A stretch of 24,579 nt of DNA from an uncultured Dehalococcoidales bacterium (GCA_964644205.1 CAZXVG010000001.1:1-24579), one strand, 5' to 3'. Counted from the stretch's first letter, positions 1 to 8,622 are shown. Translations and numbers: made by a program. Notes: generated by a model not told the origin, from the letters alone.

Positions 1-1563
1 GGCGGCCACAACTTCTTTCGCATCAGGGTCGCTGATTCCGAAATCGGGGCCGTTAGCGAGCCGATAGATATCCTGCTGGCCCTGAACCAGGAGAGCCTTG
101 AACTGCATAAGAACGAGCTATCGGGGGCGGGAGTGGTTATCTTTGACGAGGCGAGGGTGAAGGCTACCGGCGGCGAAAGATTTCTCCCGGTTCCCATGGA
201 CAGGCTGGCCGAGGAGAAGGCCGGCAGCCGGATAATGGCGAATACGGTAGCCCTGGGGGACTGCCTCGGGCTAACGGACTACGACCTTGAGCTTCTGGAT
301 GGCGTCCTGCGGGACTATTTCGGTGAGGGGAAGCTTAGCGAGGCTAATATCGAGGCGGCCCGGGCGGGCTATGAATACGCACGGGAGAATTTCAAGAAGA
401 TTTCCCCGGTTAGGCTGGGGACGCTGCGCCGGAAGAAGGGGCTGCTGCTTAACGGAAGCGACGCCCTGTCCCTGGGGGCCCTGGCCGCCGGGTGTAGATT
501 CATGGCAGGCTACCCCATGACCCCGGCCAGCCCCATTCTGGAGTATCTGGCGTCTAAGGCTGAGGCGATGGGCCTGGTGGTGGTGCAGCCGGAGGACGAG
601 ATTGCCGCCATTAATATGGCCATCGGGGCCGCTTACGCCGGAGCCAGGGCAATGACGGCTACCTCGGGCAGCGGTTTCTGCCTCATGGTGGAGGGGCTGG
701 GGCTGGCCGGACTAACCGAGACCCCGCTGGTGGTGGTGGATGCCCAGCGCCCCGGCCCGGCGGTGGGTCTCCCCACCAGGACCGAGCAGGGCGACCTTCA
801 GTTCGTGCTTAGTGCCCACCACGGTGACGTCCCGCGGGTCGTCCTGGCACCGGCTACGGTAGAGGATGCCTTCTGGCTGACGGTTAAGGCCTTCAATCTG
901 GCGGATAGATACCAGTTACCGGTTATCATCCTTACCGACCACTACCTGGCCACCTGCTACGCTACGGTTGGCGGTTTCAGCCTTTCTCAGGTAACCATCG
1001 ACCGGGGCGAGCTCTTTTCGGGTAAGCCGGAGGAGTATAAAAGGCACGCCCTTACCGAGTCCGGCATCTCTCCGCGGGCCTTTCCCGGGCTGAGCCCGGC
1101 CCTGGTGGTGACCGACTCCGACGAGCACGACGAGGCGGGCCACCTCACCGAGAGCGCCCGGATAAGGGCTGAGCAGGTAGCCAAGCGGCTGAGAAAGATG
1201 GTCTCGCTGAGAGGTGAGATTTCGCCCCCGGAGCTCTACGGGCCGAAACAGGCCGAGCTTACCCTGGTGGGCTGGGGCAGCACCTACGGGGCCCTCCGGG
1301 AGGCGGTGGACGTGCTGGCTAAGGAGATTAAATTAAACCTGCTCCACTTCCGGGAGCTCTGGCCCTTCCCGGCTGAGGCGGTAAGCGAGGTGCTTAGCGG
1401 CACCGGGAGGCTCTGTGTCGTGGAGAATAACGCCACCGGACAGCTGGCCCGCTTAATCAGGGCGGAGACGGGCCGGGGGATTCCCTGGAAAATCCTGAAG
1501 TATGACGGCCGCCCCTTTACCCCGGCTTACATTATTGAGGAACTAAGGAAGGGGGAAAGCTAG
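1..1563 (+). CDS. korA: 2-oxoacid:ferredoxin oxidoreductase subunit alpha (5'-truncated by window edge)
   Basis: Frame 1 is open from base 1 (GGHNFFRIRVADSEIGAVSEPIDILLALNQ, gamma-type domain), so the CDS starts upstream of the listed 133 start. Motifs GYPMTPAS, EDEIAAINMAIGA, TATSGSGFCLMVE, QRPGPAVGLPTRTEQGD. The 2-oxoacid specificity cannot be read from sequence. Confidence 0.92.
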   Translation, partial: GGHNFFRIRVADSEIGAVSEPIDILLALNQESLELHKNELSGAGVVIFDEARVKATGGERFLPVPMDRLAEEKAGSRIMANTVALGDCLGLTDYDLELLDGVLRDYFGEGKLSEANIEAARAGYEYARENFKKISPVRLGTLRRKKGLLLNGSDALSLGALAAGCRFMAGYPMTPASPILEYLASKAEAMGLVVVQPEDEIAAINMAIGAAYAGARAMTATSGSGFCLMVEGLGLAGLTETPLVVVDAQRPGPAVGLPTRTEQGDLQFVLSAHHGDVPRVVLAPATVEDAFWLTVKAFNLADRYQLPVIILTDHYLATCYATVGGFSLSQVTIDRGELFSGKPEEYKRHALTESGISPRAFPGLSPALVVTDSDEHDEAGHLTESARIRAEQVAKRLRKMVSLRGEISPPELYGPKQAELTLVGWGSTYGALREAVDVLAKEIKLNLLHFRELWPFPAEAVSEVLSGTGRLCVVENNATGQLARLIRAETGRGIPWKILKYDGRPFTPAYIIEELRKGES

Positions 1564-1564
1564 T

Positions 1565-2419
1565 ATGGTGACCATGGATGATTATACCGGCCTTGAGCCC
1601 GCCTGGTGCCCCGGGTGCGGTAACTTCGGCATACTGAGAGCCCTTAATAAGGCCCTGGTCGAGCTTAAACTCAAGCCGCATCAGGTGCTCATGGTTTCCG
1701 GTATCGGGCAGGCCGGGAAACTGCCCCACTACAGCCGGGGTAACGTCTTTAACTCCCTCCACGGCCGGGCGCTGCCGGTGGCCGTCGGGGCCAAGATGGC
1801 TAACCCGGAGCTTACCGTTATCGCCATCGGCGGCGACGGCGACGGCTACGCCGAGGGAGGTAATCACTTTGTGCACTCCCTGCGCCGTAACCACGATATC
1901 ACCTACCTGGTGCACGATAATCAGGTATACGGGCTTACCAAGGGACAGGCCTCGCCGACCAGCGATGAGGGCTTCGTCACCAAGACCACGCCCCAGGGCG
2001 CCTCCCCGGCGATAAACCCGGTGGTGCTGGCGATAGTTGCCGGCGCTAGCTTCGTGGCCCGTGCCTTTGCCGGCGATATCGATTACCTCTCGGAGCTTAT
2101 CCAGAAGGGGATTCGGCACCGGGGTTTCTCCCTTATCGACATCCTGCAGCCCTGCGTTACCTTCAACCATAAGAACACCTTTAAGTGGTACCGGGAGCGG
2201 GTCTACAGGCTGGATGAGGAGAAGGGCTACCGCCCCGGTGATAAAAAGCAGGCCCTGGAGAAGGCCTGGGAGTGGGGAGAGCGCATCCCGATTGGCCTAA
2301 TCTACGAGCAAAAACGCCCTGCCTTCGAGGACAGACTGCCCACCCTTGGGAAGGGGAGCCTGGTTAAGCAGAGGCTTAAGCCGGTAAGGGTAAGGGCGCT
2401 TCTCAAGGAGTTCGAGTAG
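1565..2419 (+). CDS. korB: 2-oxoacid:ferredoxin oxidoreductase subunit beta (TPP-binding)
   Basis: WCPGCG, HGRALP, GDGD TPP motif, DNQVYGLTKGQASPT, QPCVTFN; starts 1 bp after the alpha stop. Confidence 0.93.
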   Translation: MVTMDDYTGLEPAWCPGCGNFGILRALNKALVELKLKPHQVLMVSGIGQAGKLPHYSRGNVFNSLHGRALPVAVGAKMANPELTVIAIGGDGDGYAEGGNHFVHSLRRNHDITYLVHDNQVYGLTKGQASPTSDEGFVTKTTPQGASPAINPVVLAIVAGASFVARAFAGDIDYLSELIQKGIRHRGFSLIDILQPCVTFNHKNTFKWYRERVYRLDEEKGYRPGDKKQALEKAWEWGERIPIGLIYEQKRPAFEDRLPTLGKGSLVKQRLKPVRVRALLKEFE

Positions 2420-2428
2420 AAAGCAAAG

Positions 2429-2470
2429 GCCAGCCGGGCCGAGCTTGCCGGGAGGTAGCTGGCTCTTCTT
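2429..2470 (+). terminator. possible weak intrinsic terminator between convergent korB and usp
   Basis: GCCAGC (2429-2434) / GCTGGC (2458-2463) stem followed by TCTTCTT; large loop, not folded computationally. Confidence 0.3.
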
Positions 2471-2526
2471 GACTCAGCCGCCCTGATTAGAGAGGCAATA
2501 TACCCCTTCCCTTGAGAGACCGGTAT

Positions 2527-2994
2527 CTATTTGTTGGTGATTCTACAGCCCGGCGGGGTCACCACCAGCACCGGGGTGAGGGACTGACTGACCACCTTCT
2601 CGGCGACGCTGCCTGACCACCAGCGGGAGACCCCGGTCTTACCGTGGGTACTCATCACGATGAGGTCTACCTGCTTCTCGTAGGCGTAGTCCAGTATCTC
2701 GTCGGCGGGCAGGCCGACGGCGATATCGGCCTCCGCGGCGATACCCTCCGCCTTCAGCCTGTCTACCATCTCGTTCAGGTAGTTCTTCGCCTGGACCTCA
2801 GCGGTCTCCTTGGCGTCGCGGTAGTCGCCTTCAGCCATCTCACGGGGGAGATAGCCGGGCAGACTGACCGGCTCGATTACCCGCAGCAGAATCACGGTGG
2901 GCACCTGACAGCCGGTGGCAATTGATTTCACATGCTCCAGGACGCACTCGGCCAGCTTGGAGCCGTCCATGGGCACCAGTATTTTTTGGTACAT
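2527..2994 (-). CDS. universal stress protein (UspA family)
   Basis: MYQKILVPMDGS N-terminus and DLIVMSTHGKTG...GSVAEKVV ATP-binding-type motif; AAGGAG RBS. Confidence 0.93.
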   Translation of the reverse strand: MYQKILVPMDGSKLAECVLEHVKSIATGCQVPTVILLRVIEPVSLPGYLPREMAEGDYRDAKETAEVQAKNYLNEMVDRLKAEGIAAEADIAVGLPADEILDYAYEKQVDLIVMSTHGKTGVSRWWSGSVAEKVVSQSLTPVLVVTPPGCRITNK

Positions 2995-3044
2995 CTCTAT
3001 CTCCTTCGCAGCTTTTCTGTTGGGGCGGGGTAGCTCGTAACGTG

Positions 3045-3539
3045 CTATTTACTTGCCTTTTCCTTCTTTTTCTTAGCCGAGACGGTGACCTTCTTGGCTT
3101 TAGCCTCGGCCTTCTTGGGCAGGGTGACCTCGAGGACGCCGTCTTCGTAATCGGCCTCAATCTTCCCGGCATCCACCTTGCTGGGGAGGGATATGGAGCG
3201 GTAGAAGCTGCCGTAGGAACGCTCGCAGCAGTAGTAGCTCTCCTCCTTAACCTCGCTCTCCGATTGCTTCTCTCCCTTGATGGTCAGCATGTCGCCCTCT
3301 ATGGAAACGTCGATGTCCTTTTCCTTTACCCCCGGGAGGTCTGCCTTGACCACAAACTTGTCTTCCTTCTCGAACACCTCCACCGCCGGGGCCCAGGCCA
3401 TCTCCCGTACCGGGAAGCGCCGCCACACGGCCGGGGCAAAAGGCCGGCCGAAGATGTCCTCGAAGCGCCGTTCCATCTCTTCCAGCTCCCGGAACGGTCT
3501 CCAGGGGGCGACTCCCCGGGACGGTTGCCATCTTTCCAT
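3045..3539 (-). CDS. small heat shock protein, Hsp20/alpha-crystallin family
   Basis: PAVEVFE...VVKADLPGV...IDVSIEGDMLTIKGE...ERSYGSFYRSISLP...ADYEDGVLEVTLPK; AAGGAGG RBS upstream. Confidence 0.95.
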   Translation of the reverse strand: MERWQPSRGVAPWRPFRELEEMERRFEDIFGRPFAPAVWRRFPVREMAWAPAVEVFEKEDKFVVKADLPGVKEKDIDVSIEGDMLTIKGEKQSESEVKEESYYCCERSYGSFYRSISLPSKVDAGKIEADYEDGVLEVTLPKKAEAKAKKVTVSAKKKKEKASK

Positions 3540-3595
3540 GGTTATAACTAATACCTCCTTTGCTTTGGTTAATCAGTGCTACCCCGCCTCTTTAG

Positions 3596-3660
3596 AGATT
3601 AGTCGATAAATGGTGACAAAGTCATAAAATGCAGGGCGAAAAAATAAAATAGTCGTGACA
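3596..3660 (-). promoter_or_regulatory. 65-bp shared promoter module, copy 1 (hsp20-usp)
   Basis: Minus strand reads TGTCACGACTATTTTATTTTTTCGCCCTGCATTTTATGACTTTGTCACCATTTATCGACTAATCT; -10 TAATCT; aligns without gaps to six other copies. Confidence 0.75.
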
Positions 3661-3706
3661 TATTCCAGGGGGTTTTGTCGGCCGGTCTTTCCGGATGTGA
3701 TATAAA

Positions 3707-3771
3707 TGTTATAAATCTTTTATCTTTTGGGGTTGGATTTTACAACAAATCTACACCCGGTGTGTTAAACT
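3707..3771 (+). promoter_or_regulatory. 65-bp shared promoter module, copy 2 (stand-alone receiver)
   Basis: TGTTATAAATCTTTTATCTTTTGGGGTTGGATTTTACAACAAATCTACACCCGGTGTGTTAAACT; -10 TAAACT; an extra half-site TGTGAT lies 11 bp upstream (3696-3701). Confidence 0.7.
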
Positions 3772-3826
3772 TTCACCTAAATCCTGTTCAGGGTAAGGGT
3801 GGCAGTCTGTTCGTGAGATAGGCGAG

Positions 3827-4177
3827 ATGAAGCAGCGGGTACTGGTAGTTGATGACGACCTGAGGATAGTAAGGTTTATCCGGCTCAAGCTTACCGCCAG
3901 CGGCTATCAGGTGTCTGCGACCACTGATGGAGGGGAGGCGCTGGAACTGGCGCGGGCAGAGCAACCCGATGTCACGGTTCTGGATATCATAATGCCCGGT
4001 ATGGACGGCTTTGAGGTGCTAAGGAAGCTGCGCGCCTTCTGCGACCGGCCGGTGATTGTCATCAGTGCCCGGTCGGAAAACGGCCCGGAAGCCCTTAAGC
4101 TCGGGGCCAGCGATTTCATGTTAAAGCCCTTTGACATTAACGACCTGGTGGCCCGGATTCAAAGAGCGCTGGGCTAG
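3827..4177 (+). CDS. single-domain response regulator (receiver only)
   Basis: VLVVDDD, phospho-acceptor DVTVLDIIMP, ISAR, FMLKPF; stop immediately after the receiver, no output domain. Confidence 0.9.
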   Translation: MKQRVLVVDDDLRIVRFIRLKLTASGYQVSATTDGGEALELARAEQPDVTVLDIIMPGMDGFEVLRKLRAFCDRPVIVISARSENGPEALKLGASDFMLKPFDINDLVARIQRALG

Positions 4178-4183
4178 GGCGAT

Positions 4184-4199
4184 GGGTGGCTGGCTACCC
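4184..4199. terminator. small GC hairpin between convergent receiver and kinase genes
   Basis: GGGTGGC-TG-GCTACCC with one G.U pair; no clear U-tract. Confidence 0.3.
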
Positions 4200-4205
4200 C
4201 CCGGC

Positions 4206-6959
4206 TCAGGCTCGGGGACTCTTTCCCAGGGGGATAGTGAACAGGAAGGTAGTGCCTTCCCCGGGTTTTGATTCCACCCAGATACGGCCGCCGTGAGCCT
4301 CCACCAGCCGCTTGCAGACTACCAGACCCAGGCCGGTCCCCTTGGTTTGGGCCCCTCCCAGCCGGCTGAAGGGCTCGAACAGGCCCTCTTGCTCCTCGGG
4401 CGGTATCCCCGGGCCGTGGTCGCTGACGCCGATGACCACGTTCTTCTTCTCCTGCCGGGCAAAGACCCTGACCTCGCTGCCCTGGGGAGAGAACTTGCAG
4501 GCGTTATCTATGAGGTTATAGAGGGTGCTCTCCAGCCTGACCGGGTCGACAATCACCCGGGGAAATTTATCGGGGATAGCAAGCGAGACCGGGTGTCTCG
4601 GGTGCTGACTGGCCGCCGCCAGCACGGCTTTGCCGGCGATTTCTCTGATGCTGACCGCCTTCTTATTCAGCTTCAGGCGGTCGGCCTGGTATCTCGATAG
4701 CTCTAATAGGTTATTGAGTATCGCGGTCAGCGACTCGGAGCCCCAGACCGCGTCCTCAAGGAGCTGGCGCCTTTCTTCTTGAGGGATTCTATCGTCCATG
4801 GCCGTCCTGATAGCGCCGTTTACCACGGTAAGAGGCGTCCTCAACTCGTGGGAGACGAGGCCGATGAACTCGTCTTTCAGTTGCTCCACCTTCTTGAGCT
4901 CGGTGATGTCCTGCCCCTGAGCGATGGTGGCCAGGGGGGTCCTGCCGTCGGTATCGAAGATTGTTGCCGAGTTCCAGAGGACGGTGCGCACAGAGCCGTT
5001 AACATGCCGAATGGGGACCTCGACGACCTCCCATCGTTCGCCCTCCCTGGTAGTAGAGTCTATCTTCTTCAGCGCCTCATCCAGTTTGTCCGCCGGGATG
5101 AGGATATCGACCTTTTTGCCCAGCACTTCATGGGCGCTGCGTCCCGTGAGCCGCTCGAAGGCGTGGTTAAAGCGGGTAATCTTTAGTTCCGGGTCCCAGA
5201 CGATAATCGGGGCATTGGCATGGGCAAACAGGTTATCCAGATAGTCACGCGTCTGGCGCAGGTTCTCCTCCATCTTCCGGCGCTCGGTGACGTCCTGGGC
5301 GGTGCCGAAGCCGCCTTTAAGCATGCCCTCCTCGTCGAACTCCAGCTCGGCTCTATCGCGCACCCATCTTATCTCATCTCCCACTATGATGCGGTGCTCG
5401 GCGTCGTACTCCTCGCCCTGGAGGGCTGCCTGCCACCTGCTGTCGACGTATTCCCGGTCTTCCGGGTGCACGCAGGAGAGGAACGTCTCGTAGGTCATGG
5501 GCTTACCCCTGGGGATGCCGAAGATACGGTGGGTCTCATCGGACCACAGGAGTTCATTACGCTGGACATCCAGACGCCAGCTGCCGGTTTGAGCCACCGC
5601 CTGAGCACGGTTCAGGTCCTGGTGGGCTTTCTGCAGCTCTGCTTCCGCCTCCTTGCGCTCGGTGATGTCACGATTGGAAGCACGGCGCCCCAGGAGATTG
5701 CCCTCGGCATCCAGAGCCGGTTGGCAGGCATGGCTTATCCAGCGCTCCTGTCCGTCGCGCCGTATTATCCGGAATTCAAGCTCGACCCCTTCCCGGTGGT
5801 GCATGTCTTCCTTCATGTGCGCCCTTACCCGCTGGCGGTCGTCGGGGTGCATTATGCTCAGGTAGAGCTTGGGGTCGCTGACAAACTCGGCGCTGGTATA
5901 TCCCGTGAAGCGTAGGCATGACGGCGAAACATAAAGGAACCGGTCATCCGGGTTGCGCCAGTACTCCCAGTCATAGGCGAACTCGGACACTATCCGGAAC
6001 TTTTCCTCGCTCTTTCTTAACGCCTCCTCCGCCTGCTTACGCTCGGTGATGTCGTTACCGTATATATTTACGTATCCCGCGCTGGTTACGGGAACAAAGT
6101 TCATCATAAATACGCGGTCTTTACCTGCGGCTTCGATTACCCGGGACGAGCCGCTGTCCAGCACCTCGGCGGCTATCTCTCGGTAGCGGCTAGGCAGCAG
6201 TTGCCCCGGCCGGCACTTGAAGGAAGGCAGCTGGGAGCAGACGGTATTGGCGAACAGGATGGAACCGTCCCTATCCACTCTCAGTACGGGACTGGGGTTT
6301 TCCTGGGGGAACCTGGCTAAATCTTCAAGCTGCAGGTTAGCCTGGGCAAGCTTGCTTTGCGCCTGTTTGTAAATAGCACTCTCGATGGTGTCCCACTTGT
6401 CATCCTGCTTGACCAGGGCAAACTGGTGGTTCTTGACCACGTCTATTACGGCGGCGCCGTCGCATTTATCCAGGCAGTAGCTACATATTGCCAGCATCCG
6501 GTATTTTCCGATAACAGCATTTACCTTGGCTTCATACTCGGTGAAGGCCCGCCAGTGATTTCTCCCCAGCCAGAAGGCGTTGCCGCTCAGCCGTAGACCG
6601 GCGTAGCCCCTGGCGAGAGCCTGTTCCAGTTTGCTGAGCCAGCCCTTGAGCACCCGGTCTTCGTTAAAGGTGCCCCCCGCTAGATACCATTCCCGGTAGG
6701 GCGATATCTCGATGCCGCCCTGGCTCAGGTGTTGGTCGAAACCCGGCACCGCTTCTCTCATGGCTTCTTGCGCCTCGGCGACCGTGAGCGGTTCCGAGGT
6801 AACCCACAGGCAGAACTCGTTACTCTCCAGGCCGGCCCGGAAATAGGGGACGAGGATACTAATCAGGTCCTGTTTGGTGCGGTAGAACTGGCAGAAGTGC
6901 GTTCCCCAGGGCACGCTGCCAATCACCTCGATGCCGCTGTATCGCGTTTCGCTTTCCAT
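4206..6959 (-). CDS. soluble sensor histidine kinase: MEDS domain + four PAS domains + HisKA + HATPase_c
   Basis: N-terminal PWGTHFCQFY...GYAGLRLSGN...MLAICSY (MEDS); PAS starts ENPSPVLRVD, YDWEYWRNPD, TGSWRLDV, NAPIIVWD; H-box SHELRTPL, N-box NLIDNACKFS, DHGPGI, LFEPF, GTGLGL; no transmembrane stretch. Confidence 0.92.
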   Translation of the reverse strand: MESETRYSGIEVIGSVPWGTHFCQFYRTKQDLISILVPYFRAGLESNEFCLWVTSEPLTVAEAQEAMREAVPGFDQHLSQGGIEISPYREWYLAGGTFNEDRVLKGWLSKLEQALARGYAGLRLSGNAFWLGRNHWRAFTEYEAKVNAVIGKYRMLAICSYCLDKCDGAAVIDVVKNHQFALVKQDDKWDTIESAIYKQAQSKLAQANLQLEDLARFPQENPSPVLRVDRDGSILFANTVCSQLPSFKCRPGQLLPSRYREIAAEVLDSGSSRVIEAAGKDRVFMMNFVPVTSAGYVNIYGNDITERKQAEEALRKSEEKFRIVSEFAYDWEYWRNPDDRFLYVSPSCLRFTGYTSAEFVSDPKLYLSIMHPDDRQRVRAHMKEDMHHREGVELEFRIIRRDGQERWISHACQPALDAEGNLLGRRASNRDITERKEAEAELQKAHQDLNRAQAVAQTGSWRLDVQRNELLWSDETHRIFGIPRGKPMTYETFLSCVHPEDREYVDSRWQAALQGEEYDAEHRIIVGDEIRWVRDRAELEFDEEGMLKGGFGTAQDVTERRKMEENLRQTRDYLDNLFAHANAPIIVWDPELKITRFNHAFERLTGRSAHEVLGKKVDILIPADKLDEALKKIDSTTREGERWEVVEVPIRHVNGSVRTVLWNSATIFDTDGRTPLATIAQGQDITELKKVEQLKDEFIGLVSHELRTPLTVVNGAIRTAMDDRIPQEERRQLLEDAVWGSESLTAILNNLLELSRYQADRLKLNKKAVSIREIAGKAVLAAASQHPRHPVSLAIPDKFPRVIVDPVRLESTLYNLIDNACKFSPQGSEVRVFARQEKKNVVIGVSDHGPGIPPEEQEGLFEPFSRLGGAQTKGTGLGLVVCKRLVEAHGGRIWVESKPGEGTTFLFTIPLGKSPRA

Positions 6960-7008
6960 AGCGTCTCCCCGGGGTTAGTTTAGGAGAAGCCTCTCTGGCT
7001 TGCATCAC

Positions 7009-7037
7009 ATATTACCATTGCCTCTGCCCGGTTTCAA
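7009..7037 (-). promoter_or_regulatory. canonical sigma70-type promoter of the MEDS kinase
   Basis: TTGAAA (7037-7032) - 17 bp - TAATAT (7014-7009) with a TGn extension, about 50 bp upstream of the ATG. Confidence 0.65.
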
Positions 7038-7070
7038 CTGGCGGCGTTCTGTCGAAGGGCTTTAGTTAAA

Positions 7071-7135
7071 TGTCATGAAAACGTAATAGATTTCAGCTTC
7101 CTTTTATGACTTTGCAACGGGGTATGTCCTAAAGT
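7071..7135 (+). promoter_or_regulatory. 65-bp shared promoter module, copy 3 (gerW operon)
   Basis: TGTCATGAAAACGTAATAGATTTCAGCTTCCTTTTATGACTTTGCAACGGGGTATGTCCTAAAGT; -10 TAAAGT. Confidence 0.78.
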
Positions 7136-7221
7136 AACTGATGACCGGTAGCGTTTGAGCATCCGGTCAGCCGGCCTCTCTAAAGAGGCCGGGCAATATT
7201 TAAATGTCTAAGGAGGACAAC

Positions 7222-7587
7222 ATGGAAGACTTAGCGGCACTGGTAAAGTCCACGGTAGACGAAATCCAGAAGGTAATCTCTTCAGCCTCGATTGTGGAAG
7301 AACCAACGGTCGTCGGGGAGACCACTATTCTCCCTCTGGTGAGCACCGGCTTCTGGTTTGTCGGTGGCGGCGGACACGACAGGTTAACCGAGAAAAAGGT
7401 CAAGGAAGGTGAGAAATACGGTACCGGTGGTGGCGCCGGCATCCGGGCGGTGGCACTGGTAATCATAGATAAAGAGGGAACCAGGGTCGAGCCCATCAGG
7501 GGCCTTGTCTCGGGTACCATCGAGAAGATAGCCGAGAAGGTACCGGAGATGGTTACCGCCTTCCGGGGACAGCAGAAGCAGGGTTAG
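7222..7587 (+). CDS. GerW/YtfJ family protein
   Basis: EPTVVGETTILPLVSTGFWFVGGGG...GTGGGAGIRAVALVII pattern. Start moved from 7204 to ATG 7222, which has AGGAGG 5 nt upstream. Confidence 0.85.
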   Translation: MEDLAALVKSTVDEIQKVISSASIVEEPTVVGETTILPLVSTGFWFVGGGGHDRLTEKKVKEGEKYGTGGGAGIRAVALVIIDKEGTRVEPIRGLVSGTIEKIAEKVPEMVTAFRGQQKQG

Positions 7588-7591
7588 ACGA

Positions 7592-8167
7592 TTGGTTGCC
7601 GGTATCGTAGTTGGCAGTATAGTCGGCGCTATTGCCTTAGTACTGTGTATCCCGTTCTACGGGTCGATTGAGGTAAGGGCTGAGGAAACGTTCGACTTCA
7701 GACTGAGACTGAGGTGGCTGTTCGGCGCCTTCAAGCGGCAGTTTCCCGGCGCGAAGCCGGAGCCGGCGGGGGGCGAAGGCGGTAGGCGCGTCCCCGAGAA
7801 ATACCGTCCCCGGCTCGTGTCTGGGGTGCTTGGCGATAGCGAGGACAGAGCCAGTTTGAATAGGCTAGTGAGCGCCTTGGTTCGCTCCGTCCGGGTGGAG
7901 AGCCTTGAGGCCGATTTCAGGCTGGGGCTCGAAGACCCGGCGGACACGGCGCTTGTCTTCGGGCCCGCCGGAGCCGTCTCAGTGCTCATTAATCTCTATA
8001 CTGACCACAGTATCTGGCTGATTCCCGACATGGAGGGTGAGAGCCTTCAGGGACACCTGAACGCCAGATTTCGCTGGCGGCCGATACGATTGTTTCGCCC
8101 CGTGATGGGTTTCCTTTTCTCCGGGACGGGAAGAAGGATGGCAAAAAGGGCGCTCTTACGAAGATGA
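7592..8167 (+). CDS. DUF2953 (YtfI-like) protein with N-terminal membrane anchor
   Basis: Hydrophobic N-terminus; FRLGLEDPADTALVFG motif typical of DUF2953; adjacent to gerW as in ytfI-ytfJ; TTG start. Confidence 0.75.
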   Translation: MVAGIVVGSIVGAIALVLCIPFYGSIEVRAEETFDFRLRLRWLFGAFKRQFPGAKPEPAGGEGGRRVPEKYRPRLVSGVLGDSEDRASLNRLVSALVRSVRVESLEADFRLGLEDPADTALVFGPAGAVSVLINLYTDHSIWLIPDMEGESLQGHLNARFRWRPIRLFRPVMGFLFSGTGRRMAKRALLRR

Positions 8168-8469
8168 TAAAGCAGGAAAGAATCGTGGTGGAGGTGCCGC
8201 TTAGGAGCCGGGCCGTAACTGTGGTTACGGTAAGCGAGGTTACGGGCGACTATCACTTCGGTGATGACGACGTAAGCTTCTACTGTTTTAAGCGGCCGGT
8301 GGCGGTAGCCGTGGCTACCAGGGAGGGAGTCAGAGCCTTCGATAACGATGGTGAGGAGATGGAGACTGCCGAGTTCATCGGCAGGTTCCCGGATGCCAAA
8401 CCCCTGCTCGAGAAGAGACTGAAATCAAGGCGGAAACCTCAGAAGGACGCCAAGGGAGGAAAGGAGTGA
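8164..8469 (+). CDS. hypothetical protein, probable divergent GerW-like paralog
   Basis: 4-bp ATGA overlap with the upstream stop; KRPVAVAVATREGVRA resembles GerW IRAVALVIIDKEGTRV by eye. Confidence 0.7.
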   Translation: MIKQERIVVEVPLRSRAVTVVTVSEVTGDYHFGDDDVSFYCFKRPVAVAVATREGVRAFDNDGEEMETAEFIGRFPDAKPLLEKRLKSRRKPQKDAKGGKE

Positions 8470-8548
8470 CCCTGGCTGGCTCTCCCGCCCTTTCATTATA
8501 GGGGTGGGATTCCGGTCAGGGTTAATAGCCTGGCCAAACCCAACCAAG

Positions 8549-8590
8549 AACAAGGCGAGTAGTGCTCCACGCTAACTCGCCTTGTTTTGT
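8549..8590. terminator. probable bidirectional intrinsic terminator
   Basis: Perfect 12-bp stem AACAAGGCGAGT (8549-8560) / ACTCGCCTTGTT (8575-8586), 14-nt loop, followed by TTGT; lies between convergent genes. Confidence 0.7.
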
Positions 8591-8622
8591 AACCTTACGC
8601 TTATCCGGTGGCTTGAGTTTAG

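Noticed and set aside
3570-3590. CIRCE (HrcA) or ROSE element upstream of hsp20
   Set aside because: Only a partial AGTGCTA half is present; no TTAGCACTC-N9-GAGTGCTAA pair and no recognisable ROSE hairpin at the RBS.
3613-3625. GTGAC-AAA-GTCAT as a DosR box
   Set aside because: Spacer is 3 rather than 4 nt, the GGG/CCC arms are missing, and the palindrome is not kept in the other six copies.
7047-7111. Eighth module copy pointing at the MEDS kinase
   Set aside because: It arises from the quasi-inverted GTCAT/ATGAC pair of copy 3; columns 13-16 and the -10 fail, and the kinase has its own canonical promoter.
2457-8481. GCTGGCT motif shortly after three plus-strand stops (2458, 4189, 8475) as a REP-like repeat
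   Set aside because: Only 7-9 bp, GC-rich, with different flanks; better explained as parts of terminator stems or chance.
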